Source: Catajapyx aquilonaris (lineage: Eukaryota). From it: 64,000 nt of DNA. Positions 1 through 12,260 of the stretch are shown here, one piece after another (position 1 is the first letter of the stretch; every line of letters starts with the position of its first letter). The notes beneath the pieces were generated by a model that saw nothing but the letters and a program-made list of their open reading frames with translations, made no database searches and was not told the origin of the DNA. Both the position numbers and the translations under genes were made by a program. The DNA is taken from assembly GCA_000934665.2 (NCBI GenBank), contig JYFJ02001516.1:1-64000 (forward strand). Direction: 5' to 3'.

Positions 1-475
1 CGCCCTGGCCTTACCGTTCGTCTCTCAGGATAACTGCTTATACCCTCGGAATCAGGATTTCATGCCCGATTTTTAGAACACAACTTGTATTTTGAGTAGA
101 GTGTCCCTTTAAAGGGACACTCCACTCGGGTCTCGCGTGGCACTCCCTTTGAGGCGCCTGCTCCACCGTTTTTCATATTTTCCCTCCACTTCTCCCTTGA
201 CGCACTCCGCGCGGAAGCATAAAAGTTCCGTAGGAGTCTATTTTTTTCGATACATGTTAGTCCTCTAGGTAAATGTTAGAGGCAACGAGGACGGTAAATA
301 TATTAAAGCAAAAAGATGAATTCAAATTCTGGATCTTCTGGATCCACAAATTACCTGGGACTACTACTCCAAGGGACTACTTCATTAGTCGCTGCCATCT
401 ACGGGCAGGGAGCTGCAACCTTCATTCGCGCGCGTGAGAGAGTGGGAGTCTGTGCATCGGGTCGTTTCTCTCGCC

Positions 476-2141
476 ATGCTTCGCCCGCCCTCGTGCCCAC
501 AGCCTGCAGCTGGAATCCCTCCCGCCCCTGGTGCCGTCCCTCCCCAGGTCCCTCCCGGCCGATCCCTCCTCAGGCTGGCCCCTCGAGGACCTCCTCCGCC
601 TCCTCTCCCGCCTCCTCTCCCGCCACCAAAGCCCTTCTCTATAATCGCCCGTCCTGTCTTCGTTGATCCGACGCAGTTTAGAGAATGCGCTCCTCGAGGT
701 CCTGCACCACCTCGCGTCACGACCACGGTGACTTGGGCCGTCAAGACCACGAAGCAGCCAGCCCAGCCCCCTCCGCTGCCTAAGCGACAAACAGAGGACA
801 TCAAGTCCCCATACACGTCAACAACTGTCGTCGCAAAGCGGCCGCGTCTGGTATCAGTCCTCAGGCATCCAGCTCCTGGTGTCAGGACGTATGGACCATC
901 ATCCTATGGCCTGCCAAAAATTGTGTCAACAACATCACTTGCTCAGCAGCCGCCTCCAACTGCACCAACTCCTGCCTTGACCACCACCAAGTCAGATCAG
1001 CCACCTCAGCGGCCATCTCCAACTCCACCAACCTGTACTCGGCCGAAGCCCCAAACAGAGGACATGAAGTCCCCATGCGTGTCTACAACTGTCTTCACAC
1101 AACAGCCACGTCTGATNCATGAAGTCCCCATGCTTGTCAACAACTGTCGTCACACAACAGCCACATCTGATGTTATCAGTCCTCAGGCATCCAGCGTCAC
1201 GGCAGCCTTCCATCATGTTGCCTCCTCCGTCACCTAGACTACCAGCTCCTGGTGTCATGACGTCTGCACCATCATCCTATGGCCTGCCAAAAATTGTGTC
1301 AACAATGTCGCTTGCTCAGCAGCTGCCTCCAATTGCACCAACTCCTGCCATGACCACCACCAAGTCAGATCAGCCAGCTCAGTGGCCATCTCCAACCTGT
1401 TCTCAGCCTAAGCCACAAACAGAGGACATGAAGGCCCTGCAAGTGCCAACTCCTGTAGTCACTCAACCGGCTCATCTGGTATCAACATTCATCAGACATC
1501 CAGCTCCACAGCAGTGTTCGATTGTGTTGCCTCCACTGGCACCAGCTCCTAGTGTCATGACATTCGCTCCATCCTCTGGCCTACCAACAACTGTGTCAGC
1601 ACAGTTGCCTGGACTTCTTATCCCACCAACATCCAATCATCTGCTGCTTATGGCTGCACCACCATCATCCAACCATACCCCATCACTGCCAGCTGCCTCC
1701 AATCTGATGCCGCATAATTCACCATTATCAGACTCGGCTGGTAGCACCAACCCGTCCCTTAGACAGCCATCTGTATCTCCTCAGCTCTCTTCGTCACGTC
1801 TAAGTGCTTCAGCTGACGATACGCCCACACCTGTTTCAGAGCTATTAAGGAAGTGCAAGGCTGCAGGCGGCAAAAGGAAGTTGGGCCAGGGCATTGGGTA
1901 CCAGAGCCAGTCACAGATGATCATAATCAATGTCTTGGCATATTTTGAGAGGCTCGAGAAACGTCTGGGTCCACTGAAGGACGTACTCAAGGATGGTCTC
2001 ACCTTGATGGAGAGGGTTTGTTCAGCCACAGGGACAGGATCAGAGGGGACCATTTACCGCATCTTGGCCCAACTGAAGAAGGGGGGGCAGCCGTCCTCAC
2101 CGAAGAGGACAAGGAAGCGCCGTGTTCCTAAAAAATCCTGA
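476..2141 (+). CDS. Pro/Thr/Ser-rich tandem-repeat protein with C-terminal transposase-like HTH and basic NLS (uncharacterised; spans an assembly N at 1117)
   Basis: ORFs 434..1237 and 1119..2141 join across the N at 1117. First in-frame ATG is at 476 (GCCATG). ~90-100 aa repeat units begin QTED(I/M)K near 788, 1053, (1118) and 1415. C-terminus SQSQMIIINVLAYFE..GPL..ERVCSATGTGSEGTIYRIL..SSPKRTRKRR resembles the N-terminal DNA-binding region of insect IS630-Tc1-mariner-type transposases. Start is uncertain. Confidence 0.55.
780..1560 (+). repeat. Coding tandem repeat, ~270-310 bp units (at least 3, possibly collapsed at the N)
   Basis: Recurrent blocks caaacagaggacat(c/g)aag, tcagtcctcaggcatccagc, ccatcatcctatggcctgccaaaaattgtgtcaacaa and accaccaccaagtcagatcagcca. 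Confidence 0.9.
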
Positions 2142-3658
2142 GCTGAATATGACTAGCTTACACCACATGCCATTGTGACAAAGTAAAAACAATTATTTAT
2201 TCAATAGTCTTTATTCCGTCCCCAAAATAATCCATGTTATAACTTCACAGCAGGTTCAAAAAGCCGCCATGCAACTTGGTTTTTTGCAAAAAGTTCTATT
2301 CTCAACTTTCTCTGCTACTTCCATGAATGTGAGTGTGATGCGTGTGTGTATCAAACCTACAAATCAGGTAGAAAAAATAACATTTCAAATAGTGTGGAGG
2401 CAGCTTCTCTTTAGCCCAAAAGGCAAAAATGGCAAAGGCACTCAATATCTTATTCTTTTTCAAAAATTCACATAATGCGTGCTGCAGGGAGGCTTCACTC
2501 CACCCATTATCACTTGGCAATTAAATGCACTAATGGCAACACACAAGAAGAGAAAAAAAAAATTAGTGACCACCATTTCTCTAACACATTCCAACATTTG
2601 ATCCTTGGCTGGTTTGTTTTTAAAAAAAAAAAGTGTACAAAATCAAGGTAATGCCAAGTGAGTATCCAGCCATGAACGAAGTCTTGCATAATGTCATTGT
2701 TTTAAAAAGGCATAAAAATAATTATATCCAGAGGTCGCAATAATCTCCCAAAATTAATTACATACATGCTCATGATATGGAAGTTGCGTTTACATTCAGC
2801 CTGCTTTCATTTGGCAGCACTGAACCCTGGTGACGTATGAGCAATAAATCACACAACCCTCTTTAGGAACACAGCCAACTACAAAAGTGAAAAAAGTGAA
2901 CACTCCCAGATAAAAATGGCTGATAATGGAGCCAATCTCATTACAATAAATATTTTGATATTGGCAACGTCATGATATAAAGTACGACAACATCTTTAAA
3001 GTTTTAAAAACCAGGTCATGTTAGGTAGCCAATACATTTTGTGTAGATTTTGTACTTTGCACATGAGTGACATCTCCATTGTAATCTCATCAGGCAAATA
3101 AAACTTGACTTCGTCCATGGCTGCAACGTGCTCCCCACTACTAATCACCTTAAAAAGTAATTCATTTAAAAAAAATACACCTCGATTGTCACCAGGATAT
3201 GCAAAAGTTTCCATAATCATCCCCTACTCTCGGAGGGGATGGAGAGGTGAAAAAAATAAGGCTCCCAACATTTACAGCTTTACAAATAGACAAAAAACAA
3301 TAGCTTGTGATTCAACTAACAAATTGGCTATACCTAATTCTTAGTACTCTGCTAACATGCAAAATATTTGGAAGGGATGGGGAGGGAGGGAGGGAGGATG
3401 AGGGGGTTTGGATTTTATATACATTGACAAATTTACACCAACAGGCAACGTTGCTTGGAGATTCAAATGGTTTGCATCACCAAAGGGAGAAGAAAGTAAA
3501 GAGGAGAAGCAGCTACCAAAAATGCAGCTCTATCTAGAAGAACAGGGAACACCTAGTGGTCGTGACTACAACTGTGACAGTAATTGAGATAGGGAGGAAA
3601 TTAGAGTGTGTGTCGTTGATATGTGTCTAATAGGCTGAGAGATATGCAGGTTTTTGCA

Positions 3659-6600
3659 TCACATGTGGATTGAGGCTGCTGTGTATCGCGCCTCTCCTCT
3701 CCGCCAGCCCCACTGGCTTGGACGGTACTGAAATGAAAAACAGAACAAATTGACAAAAGCAGCAAAGTGAGACTGGGACCTGACTTAGCATTTGTGACAT
3801 GACTCACGAGACCTGAGTCATTTTATTCATAAAAATACCTCCCAGTGCGACAGATCCAGACATTTGATCTGACTTTTTCAAAATTGCTTCCACACACCCC
3901 AAACTATGATTTCCTGATTCACACTCAGCAAAATATGTAGCAGAGGCTGTGCCACAGTTTCATGCACTTCTACTATCATTGGCAACACTGAAGTTGAATC
4001 ATACATTTTGACATCAATTCATATTTAACAAGATTGCCATTTGCACAACAATAATTTGGATACGTACCTTGATGAGAAACTGTCCAGAAGGTGTGTGGGG
4101 GTATCTATATGCATAGAAGACCCACCCCAGGAGGCCGAGGATCATGGTCACCACAAAGAGGATGCCAATGGCTCCAGCAACACCCACTGAGACTGTCTCA
4201 TGACCTACATCACAGAAGCAAACAGAGATATGCATTATGGCAACTGCACACATCACAACTACCATCCAGCAACCACCACAGCCCTGATAACAGGAGAGTA
4301 AGAAAAAAAAAAAGGGTTCGTTCATATTTACATAAAGTGGAATGCAGCAAAGATGAAAGAATTGAAATGAAGTGTTAATGAAAAGAGAAACACAAAAAAA
4401 AGCATTACCTTCGTCATTACAGAGACCGTCAGAGGTGCAGAGAGCGTTAAGAGAGTTCGCAACTACAGTGTTTTCCGAGTCAGGTTCATTGTGGTCAAGG
4501 TCTGAAGGGGGTTGGTGGTCTGGACGTTGGTGGTTTGTATCAATGGGGGACTGGGGTGGAGTGGGGAAGGTGCCAGGATCTGTGGGTAAGGTGGGAACCG
4601 CATTCTCAGCGGCCGTCTTGTTGTTAGTTGGGCGGATCGACCAACCTGCAGGAGGATGGTACAAAAGTACATACAGGGAAGCGAAAAGAAAACAATTAAA
4701 AAGTCTAACTATAAGATCTGTGTAAGGCATGCATAGAAAATAACACACTGGCAAATGAGAACAATATTCGCAAGTGCAAATAAGTGGTACTAATGTGTAA
4801 ACATAACATAATCTCATAATAAATCCCTGAAATCCCACCAACACCACATATCCTTATTTCCATTACAGAAATGCTCCAAATCACTACCCTATTACAATTC
4901 TTCCAGAGTAAGCCAAAGGATTACGACTAAGACTGCAATTAGTGCTAAAACTGCCCATTGTATTATGCTTAACTCTTCACTATGACTCAAAGTCTACCAT
5001 GGAAATGAGCTTACTCATAAGGCTTCAAAAGGCAGGTTAGATGCAGACAAAGCAACAATGGCTATCTGGCTAAAAGAGATATACATATGGACAGGCGAAG
5101 AGAGAAAAGTAGAAAGGAGGCACCTAAAGCAGTATATCTCTCGGTCTGTCTGCTACGCCACAACGACATTTCTGGCTTGAGTGACCCTGCCAATAGCCAA
5201 AGCTACGAACCAGGCATGAGTTAACTTTGAATCCATTGACGTGAACTGAATGTAACACACTCGGGGAGGACCTGAAGGGGGGCTTCCTAGTCAGATATAT
5301 TCATTTTCATTTACATGGCTTACAAATGCACGAATTATTGAGTACGCCTGAGCAGTGTGAGCCAGCTGGTTTCCTTCTCTCCGTGATTGTAAATCTTGAC
5401 AAGCAATGTTATTAACTGCAAAGGTTGTTTAATATGATTTCCTGCATGCACTCAAGGTACTTTCTGTTATGTAATTACTTATCAATTAGTGACTCATTTA
5501 TAAAACGACTCTGGAATTTAAAAACAGCTGTCCTGTATCACTGAAGAACTCATTAGAATCACCATAACTAACCTTCATTGTTAACAATGGCATCTGAGGT
5601 GGCAGAATTGACCCCCTCAGCTGACCCTCTACCTGCTGAATCCTCACCACTACCTGGATGCTCGTCGCTTCCAGGATAGGGTCCTATCGTAGGTGGAGGG
5701 GCGTTGCATTGGGTTGGGTCGCTGAAAGCAACCTTGTCACAGGTATGGACCAGCCATTCCTGCCTCTGCCTGTCCATCCCGTCTGAGCAGCGCTGCACAG
5801 GGGCACACCATTGACACCCAAAGTCGATCTTTTGTGACAGGCATGAGGCACAGGTTGTCATGCCCATGCATGTTGGGAGGGCTTTGAAATGAATTGCAGT
5901 CCAGTTAGAGATGTGCTCATTCTTCAGATCCACACGGTGATACTCGTAGATTGTCTTCCTTCGGACAACTTCAGGGAAGATGAAGGAAGAGCATTAAGGT
6001 ATGAACCTTCTATTCAACCATAAAAGTAGATAAACAACATGACAGAAGTGGGATACGTAGAGGGAATATCACAAGCGTGCTGGTAAAAACACTTGGGCAG
6101 GGTATTTGAAGTTATAAATCCTACTATTCATCATGTTTGAATGCCACAATGCATTCCAACTCCACAACACACCTATTCATCTTTGGAATCATGCAGTTTG
6201 AAATGCTTCGATAACTTCCCTTGTCACTCTGTCAGACTGCATCCAAATTTCACATTAGAACTGTCAAGAAAATGTACAACATCCTTTCAGCTACTCACAG
6301 AAAATGGTCCGGTCAATGATGTAAGCATCAGAGAGCCCCACTTTGACTGGATGTGAATTATCTTTGATTTCCGTGACTGGCAGAGGGACGGACTTGTACA
6401 CAAACACAATGTCGCCTGACTGATGCAAGGTGGCCTGGAACGTGAATATCCCAGCATCTGTCCGATCCTGGAGTACAACATTGTCCCACTCGACTGTGAA
6501 GGCAGTCCCATTGTCAGCATACTGCACCAGGGACTCATTGGACATGCTGGTGTCAAAGTTGGCCATTAGAGGTGCTATGTACTGGGTGGCTGCCAACCAT

Positions 6601-9600
6601 GAGTGAACATAAGTGCCAGTGTAAAGAAAGCCTCCTGTGGCTATGGTCACATTACGGACTATGTGCCCATAGAATGGAAAATCAAACTTCAGATGGACTG
6701 TAGCTGCACGCCGGTGAGACTTGGACAGCATATCATGGATGGACGTGTAGTTGTTCTTGCTGAGATCCACCCACAGACTTTTCCCCTGGAAAGTGTAAAG
6801 AGGAATAATATTGTAGAAAATCACATCCATGCAAAAACAAAAGGGTGGTATAAAAATGTGAAAACAAATAGCATAAATGTTCTGCCTGCTCGGGCGCATG
6901 CTGCCTGAACAGTGGGATCATAATAGTATTAAAAATTCAGGAGTAGTCATTTTCCACAAATCTTGCATGCCCTAAATTATTGGCAGTACAAGAGTGTTTT
7001 ATTCCTGCTCAATTTTGTAGGTCAAATTTTCCAACTATCACAGATTGCACTTCATGCAGCCTGCAATGCATAGAACCTCACTGAGGAAATGTTGCATTCA
7101 TGTGAGAACCACATATGGGCCTAAAAAGAAAACACTTATCACTTGTTGTGGTGACAAGTGCTATCACATTGATGCAAAAGGCATTTGATATCAGAATTTC
7201 AAGCCTCTGGTAATGAGAAGCATTAGTAACAACAGCTACTACAGTCATCTACCAAGCAGCCCTGTATGTCACCTTCATGTGACCTCCGGACAGCAAGATA
7301 TAATGGGCTTAAATAAGAGCCCTAACATCCCCTACTTCTTGGCCAGGAAGTCAATGGGGCATTAATGTTATTTAACGTAACAATGGCACAATATGCTTTA
7401 TAAAATTCAATTAGTGAAGCAGAATGAAATAAAAACAACATTAGTACACATCCCACTTTGAGCTTGAAGACAAACCCAGTGTATGTTCACTTACAATCTC
7501 AGGATTGCTAATGAAGCTGCTGTTGTAGTACTTGTGACTGTCCACCTTCGTACTGTATGTCTTGTTGTCCATACTGATGTTCTGTCCTGCCGTTGGGTCT
7601 GGGATGTCATAGTATGAAGTGGTTGGATTCTCAGGAGTCACGGTCTGTGAGGCAGCAGTAGTGCTTGTGGGGATAGCTGTGGTGGTGGTGGTGGTGGTTG
7701 TAGTTGTGGTTGTAGTAGTGACAGGTTCAGATGTATTGGTGCCAGGAGCCTCAACAGGCTCTGATGCATTGGCACCAGTTTCAGGAGAGGGAGTGGCAGT
7801 GGTTGGGAGGGGTGGAGGTGGTGTAAGGTTCTCTGCAGCATCAGGTGACAGTGGTGGCGACCCATCCTTCTCATCCTGGGACTTCACTGGAAATTTTTTC
7901 TGTGGGAATGTTGCTTTAGGCTTTTTGTTGCTTTTGTTTGGATCTTTCTCTGATGAAGACTTCTCTGGCTTCTCGTCTGGGCTGCGTCTTAGACGAATAA
8001 AGTCAGGTTCTATATTGATATGTTGAAGCTCTTCCAACTCTGTCTCGCTGTTTCCAACCACATTATAAGCAAAGGCGTCATCTGCAATGGTAAAATATTC
8101 TCAATAGTCAATTGTGCACACACAAAGGGTAGCATGCCTGAAGAAAACACTCTCACTAGCATTAATGTTTGAGCCTCGGTTTGAGCTATATAAATGCTGA
8201 AAAATTAAAAACATACCAATTTCAACATCTTCAGCAAACTGGTCATTTAATAAATGCCAAATAAATTAGATACAGGAAAAACAAGGAAACTAAGGCCGAG
8301 CGCAAACTAGGTGATGAATTACAGGCACACCTTTTCCTACAATATTCAATCTTCAAGTCCAATTTGGGTGCTACTCAATGCCCACAAAAATCAGACATCC
8401 TAAAATTATTTCATAATTTATTATGAAGTCCCAAAATGTCAAGCAGAGCAATATTATTCCATTAGCTTGTTTTCACATGAAGCAAGACCACCCTTGATAA
8501 TATGCTCTCCTATGACAAGGTTAGTGGATGTTTACATGTGTTTTTCTGATTAATGAAAGAACAGAACAAATATGCTACTTTGATATACAATAACTTAACA
8601 TCTGCCCTCTTAACAACATGATGTCGCTAGCAATAAAAATCATGCAGGAAGATAATAATTATCTTCCTGCATTATGGTGGTGTAAAGTGTCAGGCCGCAG
8701 TTTTCCAACCGATGTGATATTCAATCCTACGTTATGAATTTCAATGTGACAGAGTTTCGCTCATTTGTGTTCTTTCAGGGTTATCCCATTTCATCCCCTC
8801 ACAACATCCATCAATAGCGAGGTGATCAATAAAAATGAAGGGCACTTAAAATAAGACCCTGTAAGAAGTCAACTAGAGATATCCTAATAATTGTTCTTGG
8901 TGTTATTGTTGTTGATATTATTAAAAATTAGGTATGCATCCTGGCACTAAAATATGCAGCTACCCTTACCTCAGGAGAGCAGCAGAAACAATGCATGAAA
9001 TCCTCTCTAACAGAATGATGACACCTGACACGTGTTTCATTGTTCTCTCTGTGCCACTGAATATGCAGCTTCCCCTTGTGAAAAGTGGTAATTTTTGACT
9101 TGTCTACTTTTTCCCACGGAGAACACAATAATTGCAAAGTGCCTTTTCAGTTAACTGTACAGACTACTTACATAATGCATTGTGTGCATACTACGTAGGA
9201 ATGGAGGTCAATTTCAGGATACCAACACAATGCATTGTCTGCAGCTCACTGTCCCCGTAAGTGCCAAACCAGTATTTTGCAGCACAGGATATTCCCCTTT
9301 CATTGTCATACTCTAATACCTCTTCCATTACCAATCAATAGTTTGTTTTTCCGGGCACCACCAGGAAATCTATTATGGGACGCTCCTACCCCAAACACTA
9401 GATTTTTAATACAAATACAGAAAGGTCCATACTAGTTTGGTACTACGCCGTTCAATTAATCTGCCGAGGACTGGCTGGCATCCAATTGACCTGTCAATTC
9501 CACCTTTTGGCTCAGTGCCAGCCACTCAAGCACAAAATGACTGCAAGTCAGTTTGATCCAATTGGCAGGGAGAAGAATATCATTTCCTCTCACAGACTTT

Positions 9601-11660
9601 GAGCTCGCCTATATGCCCACTCTCTAAGTCAAGCTTGTACCAGGCACCCCCACCGATTTCCTCACATCGGTCAGTTTCTTTCCTGTCTCCATTTTTTGCT
9701 TCAAAGTTTCCTTTCACAAACATTTACCATTACCAGATGCCCCAGGATGCAATGAAGCTTTGTTTTCCTATCCATGTACGTTGGCAGCTACGCTATCAGG
9801 TACATAAAACAAATGTGGTACTGTTTATCTGCAGCTCACTAAGCTAAGGGAAAAACACTCATGACCCATGTGATTTCCTGCAATTCCCCTCCTCTCATTC
9901 CACTTTATCAGTCAGCCCACCATGCGGTTAGTGTCTCTAATTACAGAGCAAAATCAGCCAGGGTTATGACTAATTAATCTAATCACATGGCAACTTCCCG
10001 ACTGGTACTGCCCCCCCACCCCCCAGCTGCAGCCCCAATTATCTTGCGACATCAGAAGGACAATTTGATTTGACCTCCGACAGTAAAAAGTTGTGGCTGA
10101 CTAGGAGGTGGTCCAAGGTCTAAAGCACTGCTATATTGCAAGCTCAGTTATTAGAAAATACTAAACAGGATGCAAATGATTGGGCAATACCGTTCCTGAA
10201 TAATTCTACCACTATTTCTTTGATAATTGGGTTTAAAAATTGCAGCTAAAACAAATCCTACTATCAAAATAAGTGAAATGGGAACATTTGCAATTAAATG
10301 CAGTGAGACAAGTGAAACTTTCTACATGGTAAACACATGCAATGTGACATGCTACACTGCCTAAGTAAAAGCTGCTTCAGAATGTCTGTCAATTTATCAA
10401 AAAGGTAGTTCCGTAATTTGATATGAACCACACGAGAATCAAGAAGGTCCTAATACAGAGGGAATTTTGAAGTCAAATTATGCTAATTTCACTTATTATA
10501 CTCGAGTATCACTAATGTTTTCTAAATGGGCTACAACTCCTAATGACCCTGCTTGACCTTGTTTTCTACATTTCTATATCTTATTCTCTGGCTAGAGCAA
10601 CTAAAGTTCATCACACTTTAGGATGGAGGAAAAAAACACAAAGTCATGCTTTCCTCCTAGTCAATTCCTGGAAGTTGCGCAAGCTTCCCAACATAGCTCT
10701 GATTGCAAAAGATGCACATTTCCTCCTAACAAGACATGTCTCCCAAACAGACCTACACTGTCCTCATTATCAGACAATCACCTGGCTTAATACTACACAG
10801 AACTTCTGTCAACATATGTTGCTGTGTCAACTGCACAACATATGGCACTAGTTTCACAAAGTGTTACTTTTGTTGTGTCTTGTGTATATACGAGTTACTC
10901 TTTTCCACCACATTTTTTCTCGTTGCACAAGTTTCCACTAGATGCAACAAAAATGGAGCCTGTAAGAAACCCTGGAAGCAGTGCCTCTGGTCCTGAGGAT
11001 TGATTTTCAGTGTATTTCTGTGACACATACAGGGTTATAGTTTAATGATCTGCATTTTCTCAGTGTTTTCCTGTTTCCTCCCACATCATAATCTATCATA
11101 GGGCAAAGTCAAAGATTCAATCATGGTGAATAGCAGATCCCCTAAAAGGCCCCAGTGGGTCTATCATGGTGCATTCAATATATTATTATTGTTGTCACAT
11201 ATCTCGTACAGGGTGGCACTGATCCAAAATTAATGGTCCGAAGTGTGGTAAGCTGATGCATTAGTACTCCTTGGCAATATAAACAAATTTGATGGCCATC
11301 TTGCAACTTGTTCAATCAATCCCAAGTTTTTGCTGAAAATTCGAGTGTTTCCTATCCATTTCAGAAGTACTCATTCGCCTGTGCGATATAAGCATGGGAG
11401 AAGTATACAGTTTTCACCACAACAAATTTAAAAAAAATCACAGCCATTGAACAATATTGCAAATGCACCAGTCAATTATTTACATTGGCCAAGGGTTATC
11501 AATCCGCAAACTTTCCACCACTGCCACACTTTAGACCATAAACTTGGGCAGCGTGCCATCCTGTACATTTATTCAGAATGGCATGACTGTCGCATACTAA
11601 AATTCCACACTGGTGAAGTTCCCGTCACACCTAGCCCATGTTTAAGACAAGCAGGGACCA

Positions 11661-11720
<60 letters not shown>

Positions 11721-12260
11721 GTCCGGTCAAACGTGACGGCAAGGTGTTGTGTACATTACGTCATTGCTGGCTACCCCATGCTTGGGACAATGCCACGAAG
11801 AAATGAATGAATGAAAATGAATAATTATCATTCATTTGTGTAGTGTTATTTTATGACATTCTTTACTGCCCGGCATGTGACATTGTTTGTTAAAAATTCC
11901 CCACGCCCATTGCGCAACAATGCAGCCACGGCCGTGTTCCAAGGCCCCCCACCCCGGATCAGCACAATGAGGAGAGCAACCCTGGTCGGCATCTACAATG
12001 AAGAACAACAACCTTGTATTTCCCCCCCCTCCGTCTATTTACTCTAGGCCTAGTGAGTGTGTGCACCACCTATCAGTCCCCACCAGATAGGCACCGCCGC
12101 CGATATAAAGCCCGGTCCTTCCCCACCCGATAGCAGAGCGTGTGTGGTCCTCCTCCTCCTTCTTCCTTTCCCCAGTATTTTTACCTGAGTCTGCGAGACA
12201 GCCCAGCAGACAGCAGAGGAGGAGAAAGGCCGCCGAGAGATGCGCCGTGCGAGACGCCAT
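3659..12260 (-). CDS. PLXDC2: Plexin domain-containing protein (PLXDC1/2, TEM7-like type I membrane protein)
   Basis: Exons 12185-12260 (signal peptide MASRTAHLSAAFLLLCCLLGCLA), 7495-8081 (RLRR, Thr-rich), 6299-6785 (FDFPFYGH..TGGFLY..TQYIAPLMANFD), 5573-5968 (RRKTIYEYHRV, PSI CQWC..QRCSDGMDRQRQEW), 4409-4645, 4068-4204 (TM, YAYRYPHTPSGQFLIK), 3659-3727 (YRPSQWGWRRGEARYTAASIHM*). All introns GT-AG and phase-consistent. Confidence 0.93.
11662..11720. repeat. (ATT)n microsatellite
   Basis: Perfect trinucleotide run in PLXDC intron 1. Confidence 0.97.

Noticed and set aside
1110..1125. Apparent frameshift between ORFs 434..1237 and 1119..2141
   Set aside because: It coincides with an N inside a tandem repeat, so it is most likely an assembly join rather than programmed frameshifting.
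4014..4847. 277 aa single ORF
   Set aside because: It is two PLXDC exons plus stop-free intronic sequence; clear splice sites delimit the real exons.
11447..11806. ORF with poly-Leu (also the poly-Met/Ile ORF 60762..61007)
   Set aside because: These are translations of microsatellites.
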